Of a stretch of DNA of 64,000 bases, positions 50,761 through 61,740 are shown in pieces (within the stretch, counting starts at the first letter, position 1; each line of letters opens with the position of its first letter). A program made the position numbers and the translations under genes. The notes below the pieces were generated by a model. That model worked only from the letters and a program-made list of their open reading frames with translations, was not told the DNA's origin and did no database searches. The stretch comes from Bacteroidales bacterium (GTDB lineage Bacteria; Bacteroidota; Bacteroidia; Bacteroidales; Prolixibacteraceae), in NCBI GenBank assembly GCA_012719495.1, contig JAAYAG010000060.1, forward strand, positions 1 through 64,000. The letters run 5' to 3'.

Positions 50761-52107
50761 ATGACGAATATCCACTCGGAATATGGGTTAAGGAAGCTTC
50801 TGCAACTGGCTCTTCCTGTAATTGCATCCTCTTTTTTGTCGATGGCCTACAGCTTCATTAATGTTCTGTTTGTCGGCAAACTGGGAAGCGGTGCGGTTGC
50901 TGCGGTTGGGACTGCCGGTTTCTACATGAATTTAAGCTGGAGCATCTCGGCATTGATTACGGTAGGAACGGGCATAAAAGTGTCGCACGCTGTAGGAAAA
51001 AGAGATCTGACACTGGCTAAAGGTTATATCCGGAGCGGAATGTTGGCCATTGGTGTGATAGCACTTGCATACCTGGCTTTTTTGATGATTTTTAATAAAG
51101 AACTGATCGGTTTTGTCAAGCTAAACGACGTGGCTATCGAAACGGCATCGGCCAATTATCTTGTGTGGGCAGGTTTATGCATCCCTTTTACTTTCATCAA
51201 CCTGTTTTTCACCAGTGTTTTTATTGGGTATGGCGATAGTCGTTCTCCATTTCGGATCAATGCAACTGCCTTTGCATTAAATATCCTGCTCGATCCAATT
51301 CTAATTTTTCTTATTGGATTAGGGATTAAAGGTGCGGCTATTGCCACTATTCTTTCGCAAGTAACAGCAACAGTGCTCTTCTTTTATAAAGTAAAAGCAA
51401 CAAAAACCATTTACCCCGAAAGAGGTGCTTTTTCAAAAAAATTACTGAAAGATATTGTTGGGCTGGGTGTAAGTCCGGCAGTGCAACGGGTTTCGTTTAC
51501 AATTGTGGCCATTTTTATGGCACGCATTATCAGCAACTGGGGGCCTGCGGCTATTGCTGTGCAGAAAGTTGGTGTCCAGATTGAAGCTATATCATATATG
51601 ACCGCTGGTGGTTTTCTGTCGGCACTTTCAGCAATGTCGGGGAAAGCTTACGGAGCTAAAAATTACCAGGGGCAGTGGGTTGCGTTCAAATCGGGAATTA
51701 CGGTGGCTTTTGTTATCGGAGTTGTTACCTCCAGCCTCTTCATCTTATTTCCTGAAGCGCTTTTTTCAATCTTCATTAACGAAGAAGAGAGCATTGCAAT
51801 GGGATCGGCATACTTAAGGGTGCTGGGATTTTCGCAGCTTTTCATGTGCCTCGAGATGGTTACTACCGGTGCTTTTTTTGGATGGGGCAAAACCAATATC
51901 CCGGCTATTACAAGCATCTCGCTAACGGTGTTGCGCATTCCAATGGCTTTGTTATTCATTCAATTCTGGAGCAATTCGCTGGTTTCGGTTTGGTGGAGCA
52001 TTAGTATCAGCAGCATGGCAAAGGGCATCATTTTGACCGTTTTGTATATTATACTGTTCAAGCTTTTTTTAAGAGATAGAAATACCATGAAACAAGCTTT
52101 AAGGTGA
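50761..52107 (+). CDS. MATE family efflux transporter
   Basis: 448 aa, 12 TM, MATE-type repeat architecture. Confidence 0.8.
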   Translation: MTNIHSEYGLRKLLQLALPVIASSFLSMAYSFINVLFVGKLGSGAVAAVGTAGFYMNLSWSISALITVGTGIKVSHAVGKRDLTLAKGYIRSGMLAIGVIALAYLAFLMIFNKELIGFVKLNDVAIETASANYLVWAGLCIPFTFINLFFTSVFIGYGDSRSPFRINATAFALNILLDPILIFLIGLGIKGAAIATILSQVTATVLFFYKVKATKTIYPERGAFSKKLLKDIVGLGVSPAVQRVSFTIVAIFMARIISNWGPAAIAVQKVGVQIEAISYMTAGGFLSALSAMSGKAYGAKNYQGQWVAFKSGITVAFVIGVVTSSLFILFPEALFSIFINEEESIAMGSAYLRVLGFSQLFMCLEMVTTGAFFGWGKTNIPAITSISLTVLRIPMALLFIQFWSNSLVSVWWSISISSMAKGIILTVLYIILFKLFLRDRNTMKQALR

Positions 52108-52175
52108 ATGCATTTACAATAGAATGAATGTTGTGGCGAGTTCCTTCAGGCAATTTAAAAACAAATTAGTATCAG

Positions 52176-54494
52176 ATGAAACCATTTATCAATCAAATTA
52201 AAGGAAACCGCTGGCTGAATGGGTTATTTGGCCTCGAAAAAGAGAATATCCGTGTCGATCAGCAAGGAGTTTTCGCACAAACACCTCATCCTGCTTCTTT
52301 TGGCGACAGGGTGAAACATCCGTTTATTACGACCGATTTTTCAGAAAGCCAGATCGAGATGATTACGCCGCCATTGTCTTCCATCTCTGAAGCGCTGGGC
52401 TTTCTCGAAACCATTCACGACCTGGTAAGTCTTGAGCTGAACGGAGAACTTCTTTGGCCACAAAGCATTCCTCCGGTTATTCCTGCCGAGGAATCGATAC
52501 CGATTGCCCGTTACTCAAACCTGGGCAAAAAAGAAGAGGAGTACCGCAAGAACCTCGCTTTGAAATACGGGCGCAAAAAACAGGCACTCTCCGGCATTCA
52601 TTTCAACATTTCGCTCAACGAAAACCTGCTTCACCAACTAAATCGGGAGGTTGAACCAACTGTGCCTTTTACCGAATTTACCGATTCGGTCTACCTGAAA
52701 ATTACCCGGCAGCTTTTGCGCTACCGCTGGCTTTATGTGTTGTTGTTTGGCAGCAGCCCTGTTGTTGATCCAAGTTTCGACCTGAAATGTCGTAGCCTGC
52801 CCATCTACCTCAATACAAAGTCGTATGCACTTTCGTTCCGGAACAGCTGTTTTGGATATGGTAACCTCGAAGAGCTTTTCCCCGACTATCAATCGGTAAG
52901 CGGATACAAACAAAGCATCGAAACAATGGTGAAAACCGGAAAGATTTCGGCACAAAAAGAACTGTATGCTTCGGTCAGACCAAAGTTTCTGAAGGATTCC
53001 GAGTCGGTTTCGTATGTCGAGGTAAGGTTTATCGACATCAACCCGCTGAGCAAGATTGGTATTACCCCCGAAATGCTGCAATTTATTCACTGGCTTGCCA
53101 TTTATGGCTTGTTAACCGACGAACAGGACGACTTTGTCCCAGACTTTCAGTCAATAGCAAGCCGAAACCATGAAAACATTTCGCACAACGGACTGCACAA
53201 CGATATTACGGTCATCTCTTCGTCGGGCGAAGTGGTAAACGTGTGGGACGAAGCCCGCCGCATCATCAGCTCAATGACCGAACTGTACAGCAAGCTTGAG
53301 ATTGAAAATAGCGGTTACCGAAACATGCTCGACTATGTTAGTGCGTTGGCCAATGACCCGGCAAAGCGTGATGTACACCAGATTATTGCCGGGACTGAAG
53401 AGAAAGGGTACATTGCATTTCATCTCGAAAAAGCCCGTCAGTATTTAGCCGAAAGCCAAAAAAACAGCTTCAGCTTCAAGGGGTTTGAAGACCTTGAACT
53501 TTCGACCCAACTTGTGCTGCGCGAAGCAGTCAGAAGGGGTGTTGCATTTGAACTGCTCGACCGTGAAGAAAACTTTGTCCGCCTTAGTCGCGACGGGAAT
53601 GTGCAGTACATTCAGCAGGCAACCAAAACTTCGCTCGATAATTATGCCGGAATTCTGGCCATGGAAAACAAAGTAGTGACAAAGAAAATACTTGACGGCC
53701 AAGGAATACGGGTGCCAAAGGGGATGAACTATTCCGATGCACAAACGGCTCTGTCCGATTTCAGCCTTTTTGAGGGACAAGCAATCGTCATCAAGCCCAA
53801 AACAACCAACTTTGGCAAGGGCATCACCATTTTGAAAGAGAATACCAATGCCACCGTTTATGAACGAGCGGTTGCCATTGCTTTTGAAGCGGACAACAAC
53901 ATTCTGATCGAAGAATTTATTGCAGGCAATGAGTTCCGCATTTTTGTAATGGACAATGACGTGGTGGGAATACTGCATCGTGTTCCGGCCAACGTAACCG
54001 GAAACGGTGACCTGACAATCGGGGAGCTGGTGGCTATAAAGAACGAAGATCCCTTGCGGGGAAAAGGTTATCGGACACCGCTCGAGAAGATTAATCTGGG
54101 CGAGGCCGAAGAGATGTTCCTCGCTTTGCAGGGAAAAACATTCGAAACCATTCCGGCCAATGGTGAAACCGTCTTTCTGCGCGAGAATTCGAACATCAGC
54201 ACCGGTGGCGACAGCATCGACTTTACCGACGAGATACCTGAATCGTACAAGAAAATTGCCGTGCAGGCAACACAAGCACTGAACGTCAGAATCACGGGGC
54301 TCGATATGATCATAGCCGATTACACACAGGAGGCCAATGCCGAAAACTATGCTATTATTGAGATGAATTTCAACCCGGCAATTCACATTCATTGCCATCC
54401 ATACAAAGGAAAAAACCGCAGGCTGAACGAAAAACTGCTCGATATGCTGGGCTTTGCCGCACCTGTTGCATTGGGTTCGCAACACAATTTGTGA
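52176..54494 (+). CDS. gshAB: Bifunctional glutamate--cysteine ligase / glutathione synthetase (GshF/GshAB type)
   Basis: 772 aa. N-terminal GshA-like domain (…HPFITTDFSESQIEMITPP…). C-terminal ATP-grasp domain (…EFIAGNEFRIFVMDNDVVG…). Confidence 0.8.
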   Translation: MKPFINQIKGNRWLNGLFGLEKENIRVDQQGVFAQTPHPASFGDRVKHPFITTDFSESQIEMITPPLSSISEALGFLETIHDLVSLELNGELLWPQSIPPVIPAEESIPIARYSNLGKKEEEYRKNLALKYGRKKQALSGIHFNISLNENLLHQLNREVEPTVPFTEFTDSVYLKITRQLLRYRWLYVLLFGSSPVVDPSFDLKCRSLPIYLNTKSYALSFRNSCFGYGNLEELFPDYQSVSGYKQSIETMVKTGKISAQKELYASVRPKFLKDSESVSYVEVRFIDINPLSKIGITPEMLQFIHWLAIYGLLTDEQDDFVPDFQSIASRNHENISHNGLHNDITVISSSGEVVNVWDEARRIISSMTELYSKLEIENSGYRNMLDYVSALANDPAKRDVHQIIAGTEEKGYIAFHLEKARQYLAESQKNSFSFKGFEDLELSTQLVLREAVRRGVAFELLDREENFVRLSRDGNVQYIQQATKTSLDNYAGILAMENKVVTKKILDGQGIRVPKGMNYSDAQTALSDFSLFEGQAIVIKPKTTNFGKGITILKENTNATVYERAVAIAFEADNNILIEEFIAGNEFRIFVMDNDVVGILHRVPANVTGNGDLTIGELVAIKNEDPLRGKGYRTPLEKINLGEAEEMFLALQGKTFETIPANGETVFLRENSNISTGGDSIDFTDEIPESYKKIAVQATQALNVRITGLDMIIADYTQEANAENYAIIEMNFNPAIHIHCHPYKGKNRRLNEKLLDMLGFAAPVALGSQHNL

Positions 54495-54708
54495 ACCCAA
54501 TGCAACGCTTTGGTTTAGAAAGTAGATTTATGCCTAGAAGCGCAAAAAATCAGAAGCGAAATTTGAAATATCCCCTTGTTCTTTCAGAATAATAAACCTA
54601 ATGAAAAACTAATTGTTAACAGAGAAGTTTCCATTGCGTGATGGAATCATTGAATCCTTTATCAGTGGAATAACTGACGAAATGGTTGAGAAGGAATAGG
54701 CTCGAAAA

Positions 54709-54760
54709 CTCAGGGAGTGGATAACTTCACAATTGGTATCCCGCTCCCTGAGCTATTTTT
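54709..54760 (+). terminator. Rho-independent terminator after gshAB (CTCAGGGAG…CTCCCTGAG plus T-run)
   Basis: 9-bp perfect stem with an internal GGATA/TATCC sub-stem, followed by CTATTTTT. Confidence 0.5.
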
Positions 54761-54876
54761 GACTAATATGCCATTATAGTGTAAATAAAATTGGTGCTCA
54801 AGTCTCGTGAAAGGGTTCAAATTCAAATCCTTTGGAAAAACGGCTCAAACAGAAATGGGGCACTGATTGTAAGTTC

Positions 54877-56193
54877 TTATAATTCGCCAAGTAGTTGTTT
54901 CAGACGGGTTTCTGCTATTTTCAACGCATATCTGTAATTTGTTAACCTAGTTGCCGACTCTTCAAAATCATTTTGCGCCATTCGTACTTCAAGAGAAGTA
55001 GCTTCGCCCAAACGCATTCGTTGTAAACTTATATCGAGATTTTCGCGAGCCAACTCATTGTTTTCCTTCTCTATTGTTAAAAGTTGCTGTTGGCTTTCAA
55101 AAGTATTTAGTGCATTAAGCAATTCTGTATTAACCTGATTTCTTGTGTTTTCGAGATTGTATTGAGCAATATCCACCTCAATTTTCGATAACGCTACCTG
55201 CCGCTGCAAATTACCTGCACGAAATATAGGAATCACCATCGAAGCCCCAATTTGAGGCCATAACGACCGGCTTTGCGAACGATTGTCAGCATCAAAATTA
55301 TTGTTGGTAATATGCTGAAAATAATATCCTCCGCTAAGATTAACCTGTGGCAACAACGTGCGATAATTCTCTTTCAACTGCAATTTCTCAATAGCTAACT
55401 GCTTTTCAAAAGCTTGTATCGTTGCGTTTTGTGTATATATGCGTTGGTTCAATTCATCACGATCGGGTGTGTAATTGAAGGTAACTTCAGAAGAAACATC
55501 AAAATTGCTATCAGTAACCAGCTTTCGGGCTAATTCGCGGCGGGCTGTTTCAATCGCCGTTTTTTGGTTAATAGCATTCTGCTGATTTACGTTAAGATCG
55601 ATTTTCGCCTGAAGCAAATCGGTTTTACTTTTCGAACCTGTCTTGAAAGCAGTTTCAGCAATAGTAACCCGTTCACTATTGTACTTTATAATCTGCTCTA
55701 TAGCTGCTAATTGCTGCTTTTGCTTAACCACATTGTAATATGCACTAATAACATCGGCCAAGGTTTGCAACACTTGTTGTTTATACCTTATTTCGCCCAA
55801 TGCTTCTATCTCGTTCAATTTCGATTTGGCAACAAACATCTTTCCCCCGTCAAAAATAGTCCACGAAAGTTCGGCTCCGGCATTAAGGGTAGCAATACCA
55901 TTCTGCTGGTTTGTATACTCTTCGTTTTCAGAGGCTTTACTTCCAGTTTGTTTTAACGCATAATTACCCGATCCCGTTAAGTTTATCGAAGGAAGCATTC
56001 CGGCAGCACCTGCCGTGTTGTTGGTTGCCGATATAGCAGCCTCACTTTTTGAAACTGAAATATCGAAATTGTTTTTTAACGCCAGGGCCATTGCCTCATC
56101 AATGGTGAGAACTTTTTGTGCATAAGCACCAGAGCCAAGCGCTAAAACGATTATTGTCAACAACAATGATTTTATATTCTTCATGTGAAACAC
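54877..56193 (-). CDS. TolC-family outer-membrane efflux protein
   Basis: 438 aa. Signal peptide. Two-repeat coiled-coil / beta pattern. Confidence 0.8.
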   Translation of the reverse strand: MFHMKNIKSLLLTIIVLALGSGAYAQKVLTIDEAMALALKNNFDISVSKSEAAISATNNTAGAAGMLPSINLTGSGNYALKQTGSKASENEEYTNQQNGIATLNAGAELSWTIFDGGKMFVAKSKLNEIEALGEIRYKQQVLQTLADVISAYYNVVKQKQQLAAIEQIIKYNSERVTIAETAFKTGSKSKTDLLQAKIDLNVNQQNAINQKTAIETARRELARKLVTDSNFDVSSEVTFNYTPDRDELNQRIYTQNATIQAFEKQLAIEKLQLKENYRTLLPQVNLSGGYYFQHITNNNFDADNRSQSRSLWPQIGASMVIPIFRAGNLQRQVALSKIEVDIAQYNLENTRNQVNTELLNALNTFESQQQLLTIEKENNELARENLDISLQRMRLGEATSLEVRMAQNDFEESATRLTNYRYALKIAETRLKQLLGEL

Positions 56194-56229
56194 TTATAAT
56201 ACTATTCAATAACAAAAGGTTATGTCAAA

Positions 56230-59200
56230 TTATTTAATCCCTTCTTTTTCAAGCTCGAGCATCAATTCGCTGTTCGCCTTTCTTGGCTTTTTACTGGTCA
56301 TGACAATATACATCACCGGAATAACAAACAACGTGAGCAAGAGTGAGAAAAGAATTCCCCCAACAACAACAACACCAAGAGGAATGCGGCTTTCAGCACC
56401 CGAACCCAAGGCCAGTGCAATAGGCAATGCCCCAAAAACAGTGGCCAGCGAAGTCATTAAAATTGGCCGTAACCTTGATGATGCAGCTTCAAATGCGGCA
56501 TCTTTTATGGTAAGACCGGCTTCGCGTTTTTGGTTAGCAAACTCAACAATCAGAATTCCGTTCTTAGTTACAATACCAATAAGAAGCAACATACCAATTT
56601 CGGAGAAGATGTTCAGGGTGTGCCCAAAAATCCAAAGCGAAAGCATTGCACCAGCAATAGCCATTGGCACGGTAAGCATAATAATGAACGGATCTCTGAA
56701 ACTTTCGAACTGAGCCGCCAAAATCAAATATACAAGCAACAGGGCTAAAGCAAGGGCAAAGAAAATATTGGAACCACTCTCAGCAAAGTCGCGCGATGGT
56801 CCTGACAAATCGGTCTCAAACGACGAATCGAGAAGCCCTTCAGCGATGCGGTTCATTTCATCGATCCCTTCGCCCAGCGAGTAACCTTTTGCCAGGTTGG
56901 CAGAAATGGTAGCCGATTTGTAACGATTGAAATGGTAAAGGGTTGGAGGGTTACTGTTTTCTTCAATTTTTACCAGATTATCGAGCTGAATCATTTCCCC
57001 TTTATTGTTTCGCACATAAAGCTTCGAAATATCTGCGGGATCGTCGCGGTTTTCACGTTCAACCTGCATTACAACATAATACTGCTTGTTGTTCCGGAGA
57101 AAATACCCGGTACGTCCCCCGCTGAAAGCCATATTGAGTGCATCGGTAATATCTCTTATATTTACACCAAGACTTGTTGCCTTAAGCCTGTCGACAATGA
57201 TGTTAAGTTCGGGTTTGTTAAATTTAAGATCTGAATCAACCACGCTGAACACTTCGCTATTTCTGGCTTCTTCCAAGAAACGAGGCAAAACATCGCGAAT
57301 TTTCTGAAAATCAATATTTTGCAACACAAATTGAACGGGCAAACCTCGTGAAAAAGCAGTAGCAATAGTTGGTTCCTGACTTGCAATAACCCGGGCTCCC
57401 GAAATTGCACTATATTTTGCGGTAAGTTCATCGTAAATTTCTTGTTGAGATCGTTCACGTGAATCAGGCTCATCAAGCATAGTCATAATATTACCTGAGT
57501 TACCAGAGCTTCCTCCCCAGCCTCCATAGCGTGTCAATACGTAACGTATTTCCGGGATTGTTTCCAACTGCATATCGGCAATGGAATTGGTAATCTTCTG
57601 AGTAGTTGAGAACTCTGTCCCTTCAGGTGCGGTAATTGATGTACGGATAAAACTATGGTCTTCGAGCGGAGCCAATTCACTTTTTAAACTACCCCCGATA
57701 AAGACAATGAGCAGGATACAAAGGACCATAATTAAAAATGAAGCCCATTTATGACCGATAAACAACTTGAGTGCTTTTCGATAGCCGCTTTCCATCCCCA
57801 CAAAGAATGGCTCGGTTTTATTATAGAATGCCGAATGATGCGAAGCTGAACCACCAAGTTTTACGTTAAGAACTGGGGTAAGTGTTAGCGATACTATAGC
57901 AGAAATCAATATGGCACTGGCCATTACAATTCCAAATTCGCGGAAAAGCCGTCCGGTAAACCCTTCAAGAAAAATAACCGGAATGAAAACAATGGCAAGA
58001 GTCAAAGAAGTAGAAACAACCGCAAAGAAAATTTCGCGGGTACCTTCTGCGGCAGCACGCCACTTGTTCATACCCCGTTCAATACGTTTAAAAATATTTT
58101 CGGTTACCACAATCCCGTCGTCAACAACAAGCCCAGTGGCCAAGACAATCCCCATAAGAGTCAGCACGTTGATGGAATACCCCATAATATACATCACGAA
58201 AAAAGTGCCTATCAGCGAAACCGGGATATCGATTAATGGTCGTATTGCAATAATCCAGTTACGGAAAAAGAGGAAAATAATTATCACAACCAAAACAATG
58301 GCTATGAGCAATGTTTCAAGAACATCGTGAACCGACTGCCTGACAAATATTGAACTATCACGCCCCATGGTGAGCTCCATTCCTTCAGGAAGGTTTTCTT
58401 TCACTTGCTCAAGGCGTTTGTAGAACTCATCAGCAATTTCAATGGTATTGGCTCCCGGTAAAGGGATCATGGCTATCGTTACCCCATTAGCTCCATTTAT
58501 CGTTGCCCCCGACTCTTCATCCTGTGGACCAAGAACCGCTTCTCCAACATCGCTGAAACGAATTACCTGATTATTGTTTTGCTTTATAATCAAATTGTTA
58601 AAGTCTTCTTCGGAAGTTAATCGGCCATAAGTACGGATGGTCAATTCGGTCCCGTCACCCCTAATTTTACCTCCCGGTGTTTCCACATTTTCCCGGCTTA
58701 ACGCAGACGTTACATCAGAAATAGTAAGGCCGCGGGCAGCAAGTTTTACCGGGTCAATCCATAGCCGCATAGCTGGTTTTTGTTCTCCAAATATAGAAAC
58801 GGAACTGATGCCCGGAATGGTTTGAAATTTTTCAAGAAGCACATTGTCAGCATATTCACTTAATTCAATCGCGTTCATCTTGGTGCTTTGTGCTATAAGC
58901 ATCATGATAGGTTCAGCATTGGCATCGGCCTTGGTAACCGTTGGCGGGGCATCAAGATCTAGGGGAAGGCGCCGTGTAGCTTGCGATACTTTATCGCGTA
59001 CATCGTTAGCTGCTTTTTCAAGGTCGGAACCCAGCTCAAATTCAACAGTAATACGACTCGATCCCATAGATGAAGAAGAGGAAATTGACTTCACCCCTTC
59101 AATGCCATTGATAGAACGTTCGAGTACTTCTGTAATCTGCGATTCAATAATTTCGGAATTCGCTCCAATATACGAAGTGGATACGGTAATAATAGGAGGG

Positions 59201-59319
59201 TCTATAGCTGGATAAAGCCTTACTCCCAGAAAATTATACCCAACAACCCCCAGCAAAAGAATAACCAGACTGAGCACCGTAGCGGCGACAGGCTTTTTTA
59301 ACGCAACATCTGAAATCAT
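56230..59319 (-). CDS. RND (HAE1/AcrB-like) efflux permease
   Basis: 1029 aa, 12 TM with two large periplasmic loops. Confidence 0.9.
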   Translation of the reverse strand: MISDVALKKPVAATVLSLVILLLGVVGYNFLGVRLYPAIDPPIITVSTSYIGANSEIIESQITEVLERSINGIEGVKSISSSSSMGSSRITVEFELGSDLEKAANDVRDKVSQATRRLPLDLDAPPTVTKADANAEPIMMLIAQSTKMNAIELSEYADNVLLEKFQTIPGISSVSIFGEQKPAMRLWIDPVKLAARGLTISDVTSALSRENVETPGGKIRGDGTELTIRTYGRLTSEEDFNNLIIKQNNNQVIRFSDVGEAVLGPQDEESGATINGANGVTIAMIPLPGANTIEIADEFYKRLEQVKENLPEGMELTMGRDSSIFVRQSVHDVLETLLIAIVLVVIIIFLFFRNWIIAIRPLIDIPVSLIGTFFVMYIMGYSINVLTLMGIVLATGLVVDDGIVVTENIFKRIERGMNKWRAAAEGTREIFFAVVSTSLTLAIVFIPVIFLEGFTGRLFREFGIVMASAILISAIVSLTLTPVLNVKLGGSASHHSAFYNKTEPFFVGMESGYRKALKLFIGHKWASFLIMVLCILLIVFIGGSLKSELAPLEDHSFIRTSITAPEGTEFSTTQKITNSIADMQLETIPEIRYVLTRYGGWGGSSGNSGNIMTMLDEPDSRERSQQEIYDELTAKYSAISGARVIASQEPTIATAFSRGLPVQFVLQNIDFQKIRDVLPRFLEEARNSEVFSVVDSDLKFNKPELNIIVDRLKATSLGVNIRDITDALNMAFSGGRTGYFLRNNKQYYVVMQVERENRDDPADISKLYVRNNKGEMIQLDNLVKIEENSNPPTLYHFNRYKSATISANLAKGYSLGEGIDEMNRIAEGLLDSSFETDLSGPSRDFAESGSNIFFALALALLLVYLILAAQFESFRDPFIIMLTVPMAIAGAMLSLWIFGHTLNIFSEIGMLLLIGIVTKNGILIVEFANQKREAGLTIKDAAFEAASSRLRPILMTSLATVFGALPIALALGSGAESRIPLGVVVVGGILFSLLLTLFVIPVMYIVMTSKKPRKANSELMLELEKEGIK

Positions 59320-60380
59320 AATTCACCGGTTTTAACGTTGGCATACAGAACAGGCATCCCGGGTTTAAGAAAAAGCACCCCCGATGTGATCACGGTGTCG
59401 CCAGCTGCGATTCCTGAAAGGATCTCGATGGAGGCAGCTTTGCGGATTCCAGTTTCAACCTCAACAAATTGAGCCTTGCCTTGACGCGAAACAATGATAT
59501 TTTTTGTTCTTTCCTGTGGAATTATTGCATTCGAAGGAACCATTATTGCCTGAAGATTCTCACCCAGCAAAAGTTTCACATTAGCATAGGCGCCCGGAAT
59601 AAGGTTAGGCGATGACTTATCGACCACTGCACGAACCTTTAAACTTCTGGTAGTGGTTTCGATACCCTGTTCAGTCGCCAATACTGAAGCCTTAAATATT
59701 TCATTTGGTGCATTTTGAAGTGAAAACTCCACTTCAAGCCCTGGCATTACCAGCGAACTGTATTTTTCGGGAACACTAAAATCGAGTTTTACTTTATTCG
59801 ATTGCCGAAGAGTAGCAACCGCAGTAGAAGACTGCAAAACTGCCCCTTCACTTATTGTTCGTAAACCGATTATTCCATCGAACGGAGCCAATATTTCGGT
59901 TTTCCGAATCTGTGCTTTCACTGCATCAATTTCGGCATTAAGCGAATTGATTTGCATGCTAAGCTGGTCGTAGTCGGTCTGACTAATTCCGTTTACTTTC
60001 AATAATTCGGACTGACGCTTCTGAATTTCATGCTGAACAGCCAATTGTGCCAGTAATTTCCGAAGATTGGCCTGCAAGTCATCGTCGAAAATTTTAACCA
60101 GTAATGTGCCGGATTTCACGAATTTTCCTTCGGGCAAATTCAACTTTACTACCCTGCCTGCAACCTCGTTTTTTAACACAACTTCTTCAAAAGGCAGTAA
60201 TGACCCTGAAACCGTTAACTCATTTACAACCCGCGAAGGAGAAACCACGTATGCGTCGACTTTAGGAACTTGCCGGCCTTTTCCGCCAGCCTTCTCTTTG
60301 CCCTGCTTAGCACTGCAACCTGAAATAAGCACAACAACAAGGAACAGTGTTCCCCAGCCGAAAAATCGAAATGTATTCAT
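59316..60380 (-). CDS. RND efflux periplasmic adaptor (membrane fusion protein)
   Basis: 354 aa. Lipoprotein-like N-terminus (…LISGCSAK). Coiled-coil hairpin and beta-barrel domains. 4-nt overlap with the RND pump gene. Confidence 0.8.
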   Translation of the reverse strand: MNTFRFFGWGTLFLVVVLISGCSAKQGKEKAGGKGRQVPKVDAYVVSPSRVVNELTVSGSLLPFEEVVLKNEVAGRVVKLNLPEGKFVKSGTLLVKIFDDDLQANLRKLLAQLAVQHEIQKRQSELLKVNGISQTDYDQLSMQINSLNAEIDAVKAQIRKTEILAPFDGIIGLRTISEGAVLQSSTAVATLRQSNKVKLDFSVPEKYSSLVMPGLEVEFSLQNAPNEIFKASVLATEQGIETTTRSLKVRAVVDKSSPNLIPGAYANVKLLLGENLQAIMVPSNAIIPQERTKNIIVSRQGKAQFVEVETGIRKAASIEILSGIAAGDTVITSGVLFLKPGMPVLYANVKTGEL

Positions 60381-60638
60381 TGAAATATGTATTTACTATT
60401 AAAAAAATAAGACCAAAAATACTGATAAAGGTTTATTCGAATAATAAATTGTGTTGTTAATAAGAGGTTAAAATCGGCAATAATTCGAATATTGTCATTA
60501 TTAACCGTTTAAATGTCAATTTATTTGATAAAAAAGATGTTAACTCTATTTAAAAAAATTTATCTCCAAAAGTAAGGATAAAAAAAACTCTCCTTTGTCA
60601 GATTTACACAAAAAACTACCTTTAGCAGTAAAAAAGAA

Positions 60639-61592
60639 ATGATGACAATAGACGAATTAGATGAAAAATTTGGTATTGAAGGAGAGTTGGGTTTTATCGA
60701 ATCGGAAGGTGACCTTCTGGCCATTTCAATCTTTAACAAATATGCCGATGCTGAAATAAGCCTTTACGGAGGCCAGGTAATGCGCTACACCCCGCAAGGC
60801 TCTTTCGATGTTCTTTGGGTAAGCGAGTCTAGCTTTTTTGAAGAAGGGAAAGCCATCAGGGGCGGAATCCCGGTTTGTTTTCCATGGTTCGGCCCACATC
60901 CTACCGACCCTGGAAAACCTATGCATGGGTTTGCACGGCTAAAATACTGGCAAGTTGTTGAAACTGCGTCGCTCGAAACCGGCGATACAAAAGTTATACT
61001 GCAACTTACTTCTGATGAGGAAACCAAGGCCCTTTGGCAACACGATTTTCGGGCATTGCTGACTGTAATCATTGGCCGCAGCCTTGATGTGTCACTAACA
61101 GTTACAAACACCGGCTCTGAACCACTTTCTTATTCCTCTGCACTTCATTCATATTTCAATGTTTCAGGAATTGCCAGCATACGTGTAGCCGGGCTCGAGG
61201 GGAAAACATTCTATAATGGGTTCGAGAGCACAACCAATGTTCAGCAAGAAGAACTACTGGCGATTGAAAAAGAAGAAAACCGCCGTTATGTAAATGTTAT
61301 AAACGATTGTCTCATAATAGATCAGCCATTTAATCAAATTACCCGTGTTGCCAAACGGGGCAGCAATGTTACCGTGGTATGGAATCCGGGAAGTGAAACC
61401 GCAGCAAAAATGGACGACATCACAGACGAAGGATGGCAGGAATTTATTTGCGTTGAAGCGGTTAATGCCTACAACGATATAATCCATCTCAGTGCCGGTC
61501 AGTCGCATACTACTGCAACAACAATCAGCCTCGACTTAAAAGCCAGCAACTTACGTATGAGCGAACAAGACAGCAGCTTTACAGTAATTTGA
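60639..61592 (+). CDS. Aldose 1-epimerase family protein (glucose-6-phosphate 1-epimerase/YeaD-like)
   Basis: 317 aa. Conserved …GGIPVCFPWFG… and HGFAR motifs of hexose-6-phosphate mutarotases. Confidence 0.7.
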   Translation: MMTIDELDEKFGIEGELGFIESEGDLLAISIFNKYADAEISLYGGQVMRYTPQGSFDVLWVSESSFFEEGKAIRGGIPVCFPWFGPHPTDPGKPMHGFARLKYWQVVETASLETGDTKVILQLTSDEETKALWQHDFRALLTVIIGRSLDVSLTVTNTGSEPLSYSSALHSYFNVSGIASIRVAGLEGKTFYNGFESTTNVQQEELLAIEKEENRRYVNVINDCLIIDQPFNQITRVAKRGSNVTVVWNPGSETAAKMDDITDEGWQEFICVEAVNAYNDIIHLSAGQSHTTATTISLDLKASNLRMSEQDSSFTVI

Positions 61593-61613
61593 TTTGCAAT
61601 CGATAATAGTTTT

Positions 61614-61653
61614 AAAAAGAGAGTGATGGAATTGAATCCGTCACTCTTTTTGA
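61614..61653 (+). terminator. Bidirectional terminator hairpin (AGAGTGA…TCACTCT flanked by A5/T5)
   Basis: Read directly; immediately after the epimerase stop. Confidence 0.5.
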
Positions 61654-61740
61654 TTTGCTTACAGAATGCAATAATGAGGCATTGAGTATAACATTTGTAA
61701 TATTTCAGCTAAATTTGGAGTCGAATTTGGCACAAAAAAC

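Noticed and set aside
53445-54500. 351-aa minus-strand ORF inside gshAB
   Set aside because: It is antisense to the ATP-grasp domain of a confidently called gene and has no recognisable motifs.
54780-54876. AAAGG…CCTTT short hairpin near the TolC gene end
   Set aside because: It has only a 5-bp stem with no T-tract on the relevant strand. It is too weak to call a terminator.
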